DNA from: Chrysemys picta bellii
Lineage: Eukaryota
Reading direction: 5' to 3'
Length of the DNA stretch: 64,000 nt
NCBI RefSeq assembly: GCF_011386835.1
Contig: NC_088806.1
Span: 26,474,001-26,538,000 of the forward strand
A program made the translations under genes and the position numbers. Shown in pieces: positions 24,709-37,200 of the stretch (position 1 is its first letter; each line of letters starts with the position of its first letter). The notes below the pieces were generated by a model. The model saw only the letters and a list, made by a program, of their open reading frames with translations. It was not told the DNA's origin and searched no databases.

Positions 24709-25231
24709 TCACATAATCTGTATCCCCAGTTCCTCAGCTGTCTTCTGTAGGCGGTCCATGACGTTCTCCTCCGGCTCCACGGCCAGGCCGCCGGGCACCA
24801 CCGCCTGCTCCTCCGAAGGTGCATTGGCCATGACGTAGTACACAGTCTCGTTCTCCCCATGCTCGTTGGTCCTGTTCACCACACGGATGATGGGGCCGAG
24901 CGGGGCGCTGGGCTCTTGGTCTGGCGAGGCCTCAGCTCTCGGGAAGGTGCTTTGCTGAGCTGGGTCAGGGTTGGCAGCAGCATAGACCGGTGGTGGCAGT
25001 GGGGCCACCTGCGATTCCATGTCATTGGCTTCCTCCAGGGAGGCCTCTGCCGGTGGCTCCAGGATGATCCCTTGCAAGTTGCCCTCACCCTCTGTCAGCA
25101 CCACGCACTCCGCCGTGCCATCCAGCAACTCGCCCTGTTTCTCCCGGTCCTTCAGCAGCTGCTCAGTCAGCTCCACGCTTTCATAGCGAACTAGTTGCAG
25201 CCGCATGTAGCCGTCCTCGTGTTCCTTGTAC
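24709..25231 (-). CDS. HINFP: HINFP last coding exon (RYKEHEDGYMRLQLVRYESVELT...ELGIQIM-stop)
   Basis: 523 nt, phase 2, TGA at 24711-24709; the nine exons sum to 1641 nt = 546 aa. Confidence 0.96.
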
Positions 25232-26041
25232 CTGGGCAGGCCAGAGAGAGGGACGGGTGGCAAGGGTTAGAACAAGGCTGGAAGGCAGATGCCTTGTGCA
25301 GTTACCGAGGCAGGACTGACTGCTTGGAGTGCTGCCCAGCATACTAGCACGCCCAGCACCAGGCGATCAGTGGCAGTTGCTACCCCAAGGAGGTTATTTT
25401 GCAGCACTGATATTCCTAAGCGGCAGACACCCCAGCACACAGCGCCCAGTGTGTTAACAAGCAGTGCAGTGGGGGAGGAGATGTTGTCAGGGAGGGTAAA
25501 TCCTTTCATCCCCAGCCCCTAACGGTCAGCTTCTCCTTGTCTCGGCCATGTGCCGTATAGAGGGTTTACATCTCCACTCAGGCCAGGTTTGGTTTCTTTG
25601 TCCTATCCAGTTTCCATGAGCAAATTTGAGAGCCCTCCTTTTAAGCTCTGGAATGTCTGGGGGAGACTGAGGCTTGCTGGAGATTACACCAGATAAGGCG
25701 TCCTCAAAACGTGACTGGGCTTACACTGGGGTGACGCTCTCTCAGGTTGAGGAGAGCTGGATCTGGCTGCAGTCTGAGCCTGCAAATTCTAGAAGCATCC
25801 CAGTAGATCCAGCTGCATTCGAGTGGCTACTACACAGCAGCCCTAGTCTCTGATCTGCCACTGGAGGCTACTATCTAGGTACTGATAGAGCCCCTATCAC
25901 CATAGCATCAGAGAACCTAGGAGCAACACCCCACCTCCGCGTGACTGTTCCCAGTGAGCCTGCTTGCCAGTCCCCTACTGCCCCCTGTGGCTCGAGAGAG
26001 GTAGTGAGCTCTGCACATAGGAGAGGCTGGAGGCCCAGTAC

Positions 26042-26166
26042 CTGAAGCGAGGATGGCCCGAGGGCCACTTGAACTGGTGTTTCTTCCTTAGGTGCACGGT
26101 GAGGTTGTTCCCACGCGTGAAGCACTTGTCACAGATGTGGCACTTGTACCGGGGTTCCGAATCACC
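26042..26166 (-). CDS. HINFP: HINFP coding exon 8 ([41 protein letters not shown])
   Basis: 125 nt, phase 0 to 2. Confidence 0.97.
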
Positions 26167-26423
26167 CTGGGGAGGGAGCGGGAAGAAAGGAAGGATGTAA
26201 GTGTCATGGGATTCAAACCTCGTGGGAAGCCAGGCTTTCCAACAGGAACAAACACCCTACAAGTTTTACAGCAAACATCATTATGGCAAAAGAGTGGGGG
26301 ACAAGTAACACTTCTGACGGGCTTGGCATTTCCAATCCACGGGATGGAGGGAATCTCATTACCTAGGAGATCCCGTGCCCGGGCTGCTAGTTGTTCGGGA
26401 CTGCTTTGCAAAGTGGCCACAGA

Positions 26424-26500
26424 ATCATAGAAATGTCAGACGGGAAGGGACTTCAGTAGGTCATTTAGTCCAGTCCCCTGCACTGAGGCAGGGCTAAGTA
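26424..26500 (-). mobile_element. CR1 3' end fragment
   Basis: gaatcatagaa...ggaagggac...aggtcat.tagtccagtcccctgc is the reverse complement of a CR1 3' tail. Confidence 0.65.
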
Positions 26501-27309
26501 TTGGAGCCATACCTATGTCTGTAGAAATACAGGTATTAAAATGCTTGGCCCATGCCAGGGAGCAGCAGCAGCAGAACACACGCAGTCAGCCATGCACGGA
26601 GGAACAGGGGCAGGCAGACCCCCACCGGTGCTCCCAAGGGATTAGCCAGGAGGTGATACAAACTGACCGCTCATAAAACTATCACAATTGCCAGGTTAGT
26701 GGATAGTGCCCAAGAATAGAAAACTCCCACTCAAACCCCATGAGCCACCATTTATAGCCAGGAAAAAGCAGGCAAGATGCTAGGCACACATGTTAACACA
26801 CCACAACGCCTAAATTACTGGGTGCGTATGTCCAGTTCTGGTTAGCGTTCTCTGCGTCTTTAGTGTCTTCCATGCAGCGACCTACTACTTGTGTGTCAGG
26901 GCTCACCTACTGTTCAGTACATCTTTGCTAAATGGCCAACACTGAAGAACTGCTGCTCTTCCCGCCCCGGCCCTGTATTGGAAGGGCGAGCAATTCCCTG
27001 TTCCCAGCCAGAGAGCAGAGATCAAGAGAGATCAGACAGCCAGAAGGAAAGTCATGAGAAACCCACTCTCCCCAGATAACTTGTGTTGTGTCAGCCGAGA
27101 ATCAGAACCCGTTTAGCCATTAGCACTGCAGCAGGTGGAGAGAGGAACGGAAAGGACAGAAGAGTCAATTCCTCCCAGAGCTGATGGATACCAAGCATGA
27201 CCATGGACTGTTCCAAATCTATGGGGGGTGGGAATGAAGCGGAGATTTGCGTTAGGGTTTTATGGTCACCTAGAAGGCTAAGGCGGGTTTGGGAGGAAGA
27301 CCGGTCGAG

Positions 27310-27550
27310 TGGAAGTCAGGAGATATGGATTCAATTCCCAGCTCTGCCAGACTCTCTGTATGACTTGGACAAGGCACTTGGTCTCTCTGTGCCTCACTCC
27401 CCCATCTGGCTAGCAGGGAGGAGAGTATTCCCTTCCTCTCACTCTTTATCTAGATTGCAAGCTCTTCAGTGTAGGGCTCATCTCTCATGACGTGTATGTG
27501 CAGCACCTAGCACCCTGGGCCGCAAACTTGCTTGGGGCTTCTCAACATTA
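27310..27550 (+). mobile_element. tRNA/CORE-type SINE (MIR-like)
   Basis: Box-B-like ggattcaattcc, CORE ctctctgtgcctca.t.ccccatct, tail gcacctagcac. Many other copies, e.g. 640-740, 11576-11700, 40915-41110, 41450-41660, 42930-43150, 43745-43960, 44750-44920, 50905-51130, 63600-63910. Confidence 0.75.
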
Positions 27551-27601
27551 TTGCAATATAAACAGTGGGAAAAGCAGCAGATCCCTTGGTTCCCTCCCCA
27601 C

Positions 27602-27740
27602 CTCGTGGACTTTCCTGTAGTGCAGTTTGATGGAGCAGAGGGAGCGCGCAGTGAAGCTGCAGGCTTCGAACTCGCAGCGATAGGCTGGCTCTTTGCTGTG
27701 AGTGTCCAGGTGCTTCCTCAAATCAATGAGATTTTTACAG
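27602..27740 (-). CDS. HINFP: HINFP coding exon 7 ([15 protein letters not shown]...HYRKVHE)
   Basis: 139 nt, phase 2 to 0. Confidence 0.96.
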
Positions 27741-27944
27741 CTGAAAGGAAAGAACGCAGGAATGAAGCCAAATGTGTGAGAGACCCCTATTCTATTCTCC
27801 TCCCTGGCCCATCAGTGCTTCTCTCCCACCCCCAGCCCCTAACAGCCCAGCCACCATCCCTTCCCCCCCCCCCCCAGAACCAAGCCCCACCTCCGAAGCC
27901 CAGACCCACTCCACCCTAGGGAAGTACAATCACAGGGACCCCAC

Positions 27945-28065
27945 CTGTAGTCACAGTAGTCACACTTGAAGGGCCGCTCCTCGCTGTGCCGGAAGCGGAT
28001 GTGGTTGCGCAGGGAGGAGGGCAGCGGGCAGGTCATGTCGCACAAGGGGCACTTGTAGTGGTTTA
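27945..28065 (-). CDS. HINFP: HINFP coding exon 6 ([40 protein letters not shown])
   Basis: 121 nt, phase 1 to 2. Confidence 0.97.
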
Positions 28066-28167
28066 CTGCTCGAGAGAAACGAGAGGGAAGCCCATCACCA
28101 TGGAGTGGGGAGAGGGAACGCACTTGCCAGAGCGACGGCTGGAAGAGAGAGAAGGGCCTTTACTCAC

Positions 28168-28245
28168 CATGGTTCCTCATGTGATCACGCAGCAGCCTCT
28201 CGGTAGCAAACCTCTTGGAGCAGTGGGAGCACTGAAACCTCTGCT
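28168..28245 (-). CDS. HINFP: HINFP coding exon 5 ([26 protein letters not shown])
   Basis: 78 nt, phase 1-1, donor G|GTGAGT. Confidence 0.97.
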
Positions 28246-29069
28246 CTGTAACATTGGGGAAAGGTGGGGGGAGAGAGAAGAGAGTGCACAAAGCGGGAGG
28301 GGAAGGACAGAAAGAACAAAGCAGAGAGAATATAGCACAGATAGCAACACACAGGAGGAAGAGAGTTAGTTATATCAGAGCCAGGAGCCCTTTCTTCTCA
28401 TTCACAGCCACTGACGCTGCCCCTGGCTAGAGAGCCACTGTCTTGCCTTCCAATGAACAGTTCTCCCAGTGCTACCACTGCACGACTCAGGAAGCAACCC
28501 CAGAAGCAATTCTACTGCCTTCAAGGATGATCACAAAAACAAGTCTAACCAGGAATGAGATGCATGGGAGCTGGGAACATACAGGGAGAGCTGGGAATGT
28601 ACACGGGGCCCCTGCAGGGAGCTGAGGGGAGACCAGCAACTCCTTTCACTTTTAGATACAGGCCCAGCCTGCAGCGGAGAATGCACAGCACAGTACTGAC
28701 TCCAGCACCCAGCATGGCACAAAGGAGCTCAAGGAGATTTTTAAATGAATCTAGCACTGGCACAAGGGCCTGACTGCCAGCCTGAGACATTAGTCCCATG
28801 TCCACAGAACAAGAATGGCACTAGATACAGCAAGACAAACCTCCCCCATGCTGCCCCACTCCTGCCTGAGAGGGGAATTCAGTCTCAGTGGCCTATTCAA
28901 GCCGCTGGTCTCTCTGGTGAGCCTGAGAGCCAATCAGTGCCAACACTCACAATGGTCGTGCCCTGCTAATGCCTTGCTCCTAGAACAGAGAGCTACTGAC
29001 AAATCAAATGACCCGGCTAGAAGCAACAGGGTAGATCAGTGACAATCCCACCCCCACTCAGGCACTTAC

Positions 29070-29222
29070 GATCCAGGGCGGTCTGCCGGCGGATGTGGTC
29101 AAAGAACTTGGTGTTGTTGGAGAACATCCCGCCACAGGTAGGACAGGCCACTACCTTCTCCTGCGTGTGGCTGCGCAGGTGTTCCCGCAGCTTACAGCGC
29201 CCTTTGAAGGTGCAGTCGCACT
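29070..29222 (-). CDS. HINFP: HINFP coding exon 4 (C2H2 fingers; [24 protein letters not shown])
   Basis: 153 nt, phase 1-1, donor C|GTAAGT. Confidence 0.97.
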
Positions 29223-30061
29223 CTGAACGCAAGAGGCAGAGACAATGGTTAGCTCCTTGGCAAAGGACCTGACAGCTCCAAGAAACTTTCAGTAGCCCAG
29301 GCAGAGGAAAATGCCTTGCTGCCCCCAATGGAGAGCTAGGCCAGGCATGCTGCAGATATGTAGGAGACCAGATACAGGCCTACATACAGCATAGATCTGT
29401 CATTCCACGGGACACATGAGCAGCCGAGATGATCACGGCCACATGAAAGATAGCAGTTATTGTTAAAGTTAAACTAGCACTTCCCCCGAGATTCTCTGTT
29501 CAGAGACAAGGGCAAGTTCAGAGGCCTTGATACCATCTATTAAATTCCTCAACTGCAATCACCAGGTATTGAGCCCACCCATGGTGGGCAGTTTCCAGTC
29601 AGTTCTCTGACAGGTTGGGAAGTTCTTGGGCAGCTTTACACTTCAGGGACTGAAAACCCCTTAGCAAAGGTAGGAGGGCCGTCTAAGTCAAAAGGGCTGG
29701 GGACTAAGAAGCCAGAATCCCAGGTTATATTCCTCACTCTTACATTGACATACCACGGGCACCCCAGCAAGTTGCCTCTGCATTTTGGTTTCTGTAGCCA
29801 TCCAGTGGGGAAATGGGTGAGGCAAGGCCCAGCTCATTAGTGTTTAGAAAGCCCTTTGAGAGCCTCAGTGGAAAGGTGCTACAGAAGTGCAAAGCCTTGC
29901 TGTTTGTCAGCTGCTCCCCTGCCCCGCCAGGAGAGCTTTCAAGTTCTCACATGTGCAGGGACTGTGTTTTGTTCCGTGTTTGTACAGCACCAAGCACAAT
30001 GAGGTCCTGGTCCATGACTTGGGTTCTTAAGTGCTACAGTAACATAAATAAAATCAAATAC

Positions 30062-30173
30062 CTTTCCAGCCACAAAAGACCACATGGTTCTCCTTCCCAG
30101 CTGCCTTGTATTCTGAACAGAAGCTGTGATCCTCCACATGCCGGTAGAACCATTCAGGGTTATCAAAAGATCT
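30062..30173 (-). CDS. HINFP: HINFP coding exon 3 ([17 protein letters not shown]...FCGWK-G)
   Basis: 112 nt, phase 0 to 1, translated by hand; matches human [13 protein letters not shown]. Confidence 0.96.
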
Positions 30174-30566
30174 CTGTTGGGGGGGGGGGGGAGAGGAGAC
30201 AAAGCCACATGCATACTAGCAGTTCTGGTACAGCTCAACTTTGACAGACCGTTTTCCCTCCTCTCCCTTGGGGCAAACACAGAAAAGCACAATCAGGGCA
30301 TTCAAACTGGTTGCAGTGCTCGTAATGCTGAGACCATCTCCCTAAGCTAGAACTGAGACTTTGTTGGCTTGAACCACGTAAGGCCCTGTCTGTGCCCCCA
30401 CTTGACCTGGGCTGAGTTCTCAAGGGTTTCATCAGAATGACAGCGAATCTCCCAGTTCCCAGGCATTCACTGTGAGAGAATAAACCCCCCTTTTCTCCTG
30501 CTCCCACCTGACTGCACACCCACAGACAGGATTTAGGAGGGCTGATCCCCTCCCTGTTGCTCTCAC

Positions 30567-30793
30567 CTCACAGTACTCCCACAGACACAAGAAGTTTTCC
30601 TGGATCTCAGGGATGATGTTGCGGCTCTGGAAGTCCAGCTGACAGTGGCTCACGTCTGACTGGCTCTGCAAAGCCTGCAGCCCCCACTGCTTCAGCTTAG
30701 TGTGGTAACAGTGGAAGTAAACATGGCGGACCAGGTCTGCTGAGCTCTCTGGGGAGCAGAAGCCACATTCCTGCCACAGACAAGTGTATTCTT
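30567..30793 (-). CDS. HINFP: HINFP coding exon 2 ([13 protein letters not shown]...FLCLWEYCE)
   Basis: [23 protein letters not shown] identical to remembered HINFP; AG/GT boundaries, phase 1 to 0. Confidence 0.97.
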
Positions 30794-31624
30794 CTGCAAC
30801 ACAAATAGGAAACACAGTTACTGACAAATCTGTAGAAAATGAGTGTCTCCCTGTTAAAGCTTAAGTCCCCATAAGCTAGAGATGATGGAAGCTTTCTTCA
30901 TAGCCTTCCCTCCCTGCAACTGGTGGGACCACCTACTTATGGTGAGAGGAGAACTCTCAGCTTCCTACTTGTTCAGTTCTGGACTCTGGCTTATGATCCA
31001 CTACAAAGGCAGCCGAGACCTTGCACTCAAGACAGTCAATATAAACATCAACTATTCACAAAAATAAATCTCCTTAGCTCTGTTAATAGCTCAAGTGTTC
31101 ACAGATCCCAGTCCTGTGCGCCGAATGCTAGACTATGCATCACCCTTTAAAAATATATAGTTAAAGCTGCTAAGCATCTCACTGAGCAGATGTAATTCAA
31201 TAGGTGTAATTGAAGTCACATAATGAAGAAGAATGTAATTTAAGGGTTTGCTATTGTCCCTTACTTCTACAGACAATGAAGGATTGCGGTGTCAGGTAAG
31301 GGAGAACAAAGCCTTCCAAGTTCTTGATACAAAACTGTACTGCACCACAGCCTTCAATCACGACCAGACATTCTAATAGGTTAATTGACAGCAGAGTGCA
31401 CTAGACCCACTGGAAAGTTTATTTTCTTACCCGAACGCAGAACACATTATCACCAGTGGACACTATGGCATCACTCTCACTGGGAAATTCACTATTGAAA
31501 TTTCTCCATGTCTACCAGGAGTGGTTCAGAATAATGAAGGGAGCTTGATGACCCACCTGACGGCTCTTCCAACCCAAGAGTCCAATTTTAGTTATAGTTT
31601 TTAATTGCACTCAGTGTCCCTTAC

Positions 31625-31787
31625 CAAGAGGGTTCATCTCATCCCTATGTTCCCCACGAAGATGCAGCTGCAAATGCTCCGACACATGATCACAAAACTC
31701 CTCCATCTTAGAGGCCACATAGGTGCACATCTCCCATTCACACTGCAGCACCAACTTTTCTTTATTGCCGGCCTTTCCAGGAGGCAT
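31625..31787 (-). CDS. HINFP: HINFP coding exon 1 (MPPGKAGNKEKLVLQCEWEMC...)
   Basis: Homologous to human MPPPGKVPRKENLWLQCEW; acceptor ctctcag at 31805, phase-1 donor G|GTAAGG. Confidence 0.92.
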
Positions 31788-32149
31788 GGTCCGACCTTTA
31801 GGCACTGAGAGAAGATGTTACAAAGACACAAAACGTTTCTCACGCCCATTCAGTCACTAAGAAAAACATCACCACCAAAAAAGATGCCCTCTACAAAACC
31901 ATGGGGCTTCCTAGATGCAGCGTAGGTCTCGGTACTATAACGAGGGTAGAACTATAACTGCTGTCAGCTCAGTGGGGGAAAATAACCACAAACACAACGC
32001 TGTATTTTGCAGATACAACCCCTGCCCTATGGAGAATCGGGGGGGGGGGGGGTGGCCAGCCACATCAAGAATAAGATGCAACCCAAGTAGGAGCCCCAGG
32101 AAAATCCAGACCCCCCCGCACGAGCAGAGAATGACGCTACGCCAGAGGA

Positions 32150-32720
32150 CACCAGCGTCCCCAGCGGGCTGCCAGGCGCCTACCGCCGGAACCGGAGCGC
32201 AGGGAGCGCCGTGTGGACGCAAATCCTACGGTCCGGGTCCCAGCGCAGGGGCTGCCCCCGCTGCAGGGGGCAATGGCCGGATCGGACCCAGGGGGCGCGG
32301 CTCCCCCAGCCACAGGAGCGGGGGGCCTGGGGACAGCGGCCCCGAGACCGCAGGGAGCCACGAGAGCGGGGGGACGGGGCGGGGCCTGCCCGCGGGGGGG
32401 GGGGGGGGGGGAGAAGGACCCGATCCCTAGTTACCGGCGGCTCCTCGCGCCCGGCTCCGAGCCCGCCGGCAGGGGGGGGGCGGGGGAGGAAGGGAGCCGC
32501 AGCACCCTAAAGGCCGGCCGCCTTCGCAGCCAATGGCAGCGCCTCCTCCCAGCCCGGCAGCCAATCCGAGCGAGGGGAGGGCGCGCGGGGCGTCGGGCGG
32601 GAAGGCCTCGGCCGGAAACGCCCCCCGCCAGGACGGGACACGAAGGTTCCGGCTGCCTGTCTACACGGAAGTGCCCGAGATTGGCACCGGAAGCGGAAAT
32701 AAGCCATGGCGACCCCTTTT
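32150..32720. promoter_or_regulatory. CpG island / HINFP promoter with CCAAT boxes (32530, 32561, 32680) and ETS/GABP-type sites (CGGAAGT 32666; CCGGAAGCGGAAAT about 32688-32700)
   Basis: Motifs read directly; high CpG density upstream of HINFP coding exon 1. Confidence 0.85.
32435..32510 (-). other. HINFP: Candidate non-coding first exon of HINFP; 5' boundary approximate
   Basis: Donor CCG|GTAACT at 32435/32434 in the CpG island, just downstream of two CCAAT boxes. Confidence 0.55.
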
Positions 32721-32758
32721 TGGGGGGGTATATAATGGAAACGTTTAAGTCTCCGTTT

Positions 32759-32892
32759 TGACCTTTGAACTCTGACCCATTACAGTTTGTCCGTGACCTT
32801 CTGAGCCCGGTGGACCAGGAGCTTGACCCCTAGCTCATGTGCATCAGGGTAGGTGGAGTCAGGCATCTCCGTGACCTCCTGACCTTTGACCT
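32759..32892. promoter_or_regulatory. Cluster of eight same-strand nuclear-receptor half-sites (TGACCT/TGAACT/TGACCC) forming DR1 and DR2 elements
   Basis: TGACCT-T-TGAACT-C-TGACCC (32759-32778), TGACCT (32794), TGACCC (32824), TGACCT-CC-TGACCT-T-TGACCT (32872-32892). Confidence 0.55.
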
Positions 32893-33319
32893 TCTGAGCC
32901 CTGGCTTCAGTGGCCCTTTGGCCTTCCCAGGAGCCAGGGTCAGGGTTGTAAGAGCAGTAGCTGGAGGCAGAGGACACCAACCCCTGCCAAGTGGCTGGGG
33001 ATGAGAATCAAACACTAGTTGCCACTTCTCCGACAGCACCAAGCCCCATCACCCCTGCTGGCACAAGGTGCAACCCCTGCAGGGACTGCCCACCGGATCT
33101 GTCTCTGACCCCCGTATAAACTCACATCAGTGACCCCACTGTGCCCATGACCCCTTATCCATTCTAGGCCTATAGTACTAGGGCTGTCGCTGCTGCGGAA
33201 AAAACTCTCTACACACCACATTAACATACATACACTAATAAACACAAAACCTGCACACACTACAAACACACACAATGCTCATCACTTAAACATACATGCA
33301 TATCTAGTAAGGAGCAAAA

Positions 33320-33809
33320 CACTTTAAGAAAGACATGGAAAAACTGGAGAGAGTCCAGAGGGGAGCAACTAAAATGACAAAAGGTTTAGAAAACCTGACC
33401 TCTGAGGAAAGGTTAAAAAATCTGGGCCTGTTGAGTTTTGAGAAAAGAAGACCGCAGGAGGATCAAATAACAGTCTTCAACTACATAAAGGGTTGTTACA
33501 GAGAGGATGATGATCAATTGCTCTTCATGTCCACTAAAGGTAGGACAAAAAGTAATGGGCTTAATCTGCAGCAAAATGGATTAAGGTTACATATTAGGAA
33601 TTTTTTTCTAACTATAAGGATAGTTAAACACTGGAATAAGTTACCAAGGGAGGTTGTGGAGTCCCCATCATTGGAGGTTTTTTTAGGACAGGTTGGACAA
33701 TACCTCTTAGGGATGTTCTAGATATATTTGGTCCTGCTTCCGAGTAAGAGGATGGACTAGATGACCTCACTCTCAAGGTCCTTTCCAGTCCTACATTTCT
33801 ATGATTCTA
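33320..33809 (+). mobile_element. CR1 LINE 3' fragment
   Basis: KLERVQRGATKM...[18 protein letters not shown]; 3' tail ttctatgattcta. Confidence 0.92.
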
Positions 33810-33810
33810 A

Positions 33811-33898
33811 GGCCCAAAACCTCAAAGGTATTTAGGCATCTAGCTCCCATTGAAATCAATGGGAATTAGGCACCTGAATACCTTTGAAGATCTGGGCC
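33811..33898. mobile_element. 88-bp palindromic Harbinger-type MITE
   Basis: TIRs ggccca..cctcaaaggtatttagg / cctgaatacctttgaagatctgggcc; TAA TSD on both sides; core ccattgaaatcaatggg. Related decayed copies occur near 6880-7130, 8630-8740, 34876-34977, 37229-37303, 51600-51690 and 61730-61808. Confidence 0.8.
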
Positions 33899-35409
33899 TA
33901 AACCTTAACGTCAGGTTAGGAAAGAATGCGACCTAGTCCTCATCCTCAGGAACTCTCTCATTCTCTGGGACCGATTTATGATTTATCGTTAGTGAACCTC
34001 ATGGTCACTGCTTCTATTTCATCATGATTATTCAGATATAAATACACCATTGGGCCAGAGGAGCAGGGCAGTGGGTAAGCCTCTGAAACTTACTGAATAC
34101 TATTTTTATCCCCAAAATGTTAATATTTCTTATTGGGTTAATCTTTTATTTCATGTTGAAAATCATGAAGGCCCATGCGAAAATTCATGCAAATAACATT
34201 AGGCAAATAAGAGGCAGAAGTTCTGAGTCAGTCAATACAAATAGCCATCCTGCTGTGAAAACAGATACACACCACTGGGACTTTGAAACCTTCCTGCAGT
34301 ATCGTATTTGAGAACAATGCTTTCTATTCTTCCTGTGATGTGCGTGTATAACCTGGATCATAAATAATGAGGCAAAAAAGGTTATAACATGTTTCTTTGG
34401 AGTTCTACAATGTGTATTACATTTATTATCAGCATAATCTATTAAAGGGCATTGCAAACTGTTGGGGGCCATAATTTGAACAACCTTTTCCCCCCTTTTC
34501 TCTCTCTTTGCAAAGTCCATCTAACTCCTGGTGTTTTCTACCCCCTATCTGCCGCTGAATAAGGAATTCAGGATCAGGATCTTAATGTTCAATGTCATTT
34601 TTGTTAAGAGATAATATCAATGCCAGTAGCCCAGCTTTTTTGTGAGTATCAACAAACAGGTATCTACACCCACAATGGAAAGATACAAATTATTTAAAGA
34701 AACATGTCTGTTGCAAACTTTCTAAAGAAAACAGTGTTAAACATTTTTTTTTTGGTGGGGGAGATATGTGGCGGACAAATTGTATGTTTCATCTCTTATA
34801 CAGGTTTTCATACATATTTTTCAAGTGTTTTGCTTCCACCTTAACATTTTGTGGTTACTTGTTTGCTTATATATAGGACTTGATCCAGCAAAGCCCTTAA
34901 AAACTTATTGATTTCAATAGGGCTACCCATCTGCTCTTAGTTAATCATATTCTTAAGTACTTTGCTGGACTGAGGGCTTATTGATATCATATTATGTCAC
35001 AATCAGTATACCTGCCTCTCAGGGTTGTTGTATGGATTGATTAATAGGTATAAAACACTTTTGAAGATATCAAAAGTAATGCAGGGGGCCCAAACGTGTA
35101 TGCATATACTTAACTTTAGGCACATTTTAGTAGTTGCTTTGGGCCCCAAGCATTGAGTATATCATGAGATTTCATGCGGTAGCTCTTTTTCCTCTGTGTA
35201 ACTTGACAAAGTGTGAAATCCTGCAATATATTATGTTAACTGAAATTTACAGTTGGTCACCATGGTAAACGGGACAAACATTGTTGTAATTTGTTGTATA
35301 AACAAGTAAACCCCTCTCATCCCAGAAGGCTACAATCAAATTACTGGCAGCTGGAGTTCACCGTTAAACACAGTACATTAACTGTTTTATTATCCATTAA
35401 CTTTATGCT

Positions 35410-36403
35410 GCATGAGCCACTCCAGATAGCGTGACACACAACTGTGAGTGCCTACCTCAGACTGCCAGAAAACAAGGGCAGACACCCCAAACTGGTGGTA
35501 TGTTTTATAATTAGATTTCACCAAGTCAGTAACAAATGTGAACTTTTGAAGCACTATACCAGTCTTACCATGGAGTCATAGACCCTTAGACTCTCCAGCC
35601 TATCTTGCCACTCTGGCAAACTGGACTTTGTGATAAAAGGTTACTTAAATCTAAAATCATACCACATCAGGTTTCTCCCAGTTCCAGGAGACCAGCCACT
35701 TACCCCAGCTCAATTGATACTCCACATCTTATACCAAAGACAACAGTGGCAGTCAAATTTATAGTAAACTAACTAAAGATTTATTAGCTAAGAAAAAAGA
35801 ATGAGTTATTGAGAAATTAAAGCAGGTAAAATATAACAACAGGTGAATCACAATTTGTAACTTCAAATGGTAGCAGTGGTGTAAAAAAGTGGTGTATGAA
35901 TTTCCCAAAAGTCTTTCAGGGCTACCCAGAATAACTCTGGGGATCTCCATCTTCTCATTCAGTTATTCTGCCCTGTTAGAATCCAAACAGTCCAGAGATG
36001 AAGGATCTTTCTTTGGATCCATTCTTATATCTTCTCACAGAAGACAAGCTGACAGTCTCTCTACCAACATGGACTTTTCCTTTGATGACGATGAGTGAGG
36101 AGGAATTCAGGTGTCTTTTTACTACAGATCATCACACACAATGGCCATTCTGATAAAGTCCCTCATTAGCATTCCACCAGGCTTCTTTGCTGTCTGATGA
36201 GTTATTTAGTTATAGGGGTATTTACCCTGTAAATGTTTGCTATTACATTATAACAGGAACAGATAAGTGAAAACAATGCATGTAACATCCCTTTAGTTTT
36301 ATGATGTTTAAACACCCAAAACATTAATCACTTTGAGCTATACTAATCCACGAGTGAAATGACCTGAAAACACTCTAGCATGATCTGGTCAGCCAGTGTC
36401 ACA
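35410..36403 (-). mobile_element. Probable solo LTR; left boundary uncertain
   Basis: Minus strand starts TGTGACACTGGC, with AATAAA at 35780-35785 (minus). Recognised only from memory as a common turtle LTR-like repeat; no TSD found. Confidence 0.4.
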
Positions 36404-36911
36404 GCATGTTGCAAAATAATGTTATTTAACAATAAACAATGGGTTTAAATCAAAATTTGAATTAGGGAAATAAACACTGAAATACATCTGTTAGGCCAGT
36501 GCTTTGTCTTAGTAAATAGGAGTATAATTATTAGTCAAGTTTGTTTTGGGGCAGGCAAATAGAATATAAAAATCAAACGGGATGGTATAAGGTGTGTAAT
36601 AAGACCCAGTGGTCCTGTTATGGTTATACGGGAGTACTCAGTTGGCTGTATATCTGTTTCCTATTATGGATCCTGATAATGAAATAAATGGAAGATGTGT
36701 GCCTAAAACCCCTACACTGCATTGAAAATCTCAGTCCCCTGTTTTGGGAAGGCAGGTGTATGATAAGAACTGGGGTCTGTGGTAAGAAGGATATTGGTTG
36801 GATTTTGATTTCATCTTTGGTTCATTATTTTCTTGGCTTGGCATGAGGAGCAACTGCAGGTTCAAATGTTTTTTTAATGCAATTATTTTTAATTGATAGG
36901 AAAACCATTTA

Positions 36912-37200
36912 GGCCTGGTCTACACTGGGGGGGGCGGGAAATCAATCTAAGTTACGCAACTTCAGCTACGTGAATAACATAGCTGAAGTCGATGTACTTA
37001 GATCTACTTACTGTGATGTCTTCACTGCTGTAGGTCGACTGTTGACACTCCCCCATTGACTCCGCCTGCGCTTCCTGCTCTGGTGATGTACCGGAGTCGA
37101 CGGGAGAGCGCTCAGCGGTCGATTTATCGTGTCTTCACTAGACACAATAAATCGACCCCTGCTGGATCGATCACTCCGGAGGTAAGTGTAGATATGCCCC
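36912..37200. mobile_element. PIF/Harbinger-type non-autonomous element
   Basis: Imperfect TIRs ggcctggtctacact / agtgtagatatgccc; flanks tta and tag; internal hairpin cttcagcta.gt...atagctgaag. Confidence 0.7.

Noticed and set aside
32706-32735. Plus-strand GCC-ATG-G suggesting a divergent gene from the HINFP promoter
   Set aside because: Closes after 9 codons (MATPFWGGI-stop) with no donor; more likely a YY1-like promoter motif or chance.
31915-32761. 171-aa and 182-aa plus-strand ORFs over the HINFP CpG island
   Set aside because: Same GC artefact; they run through poly-G tracts and promoter motifs.
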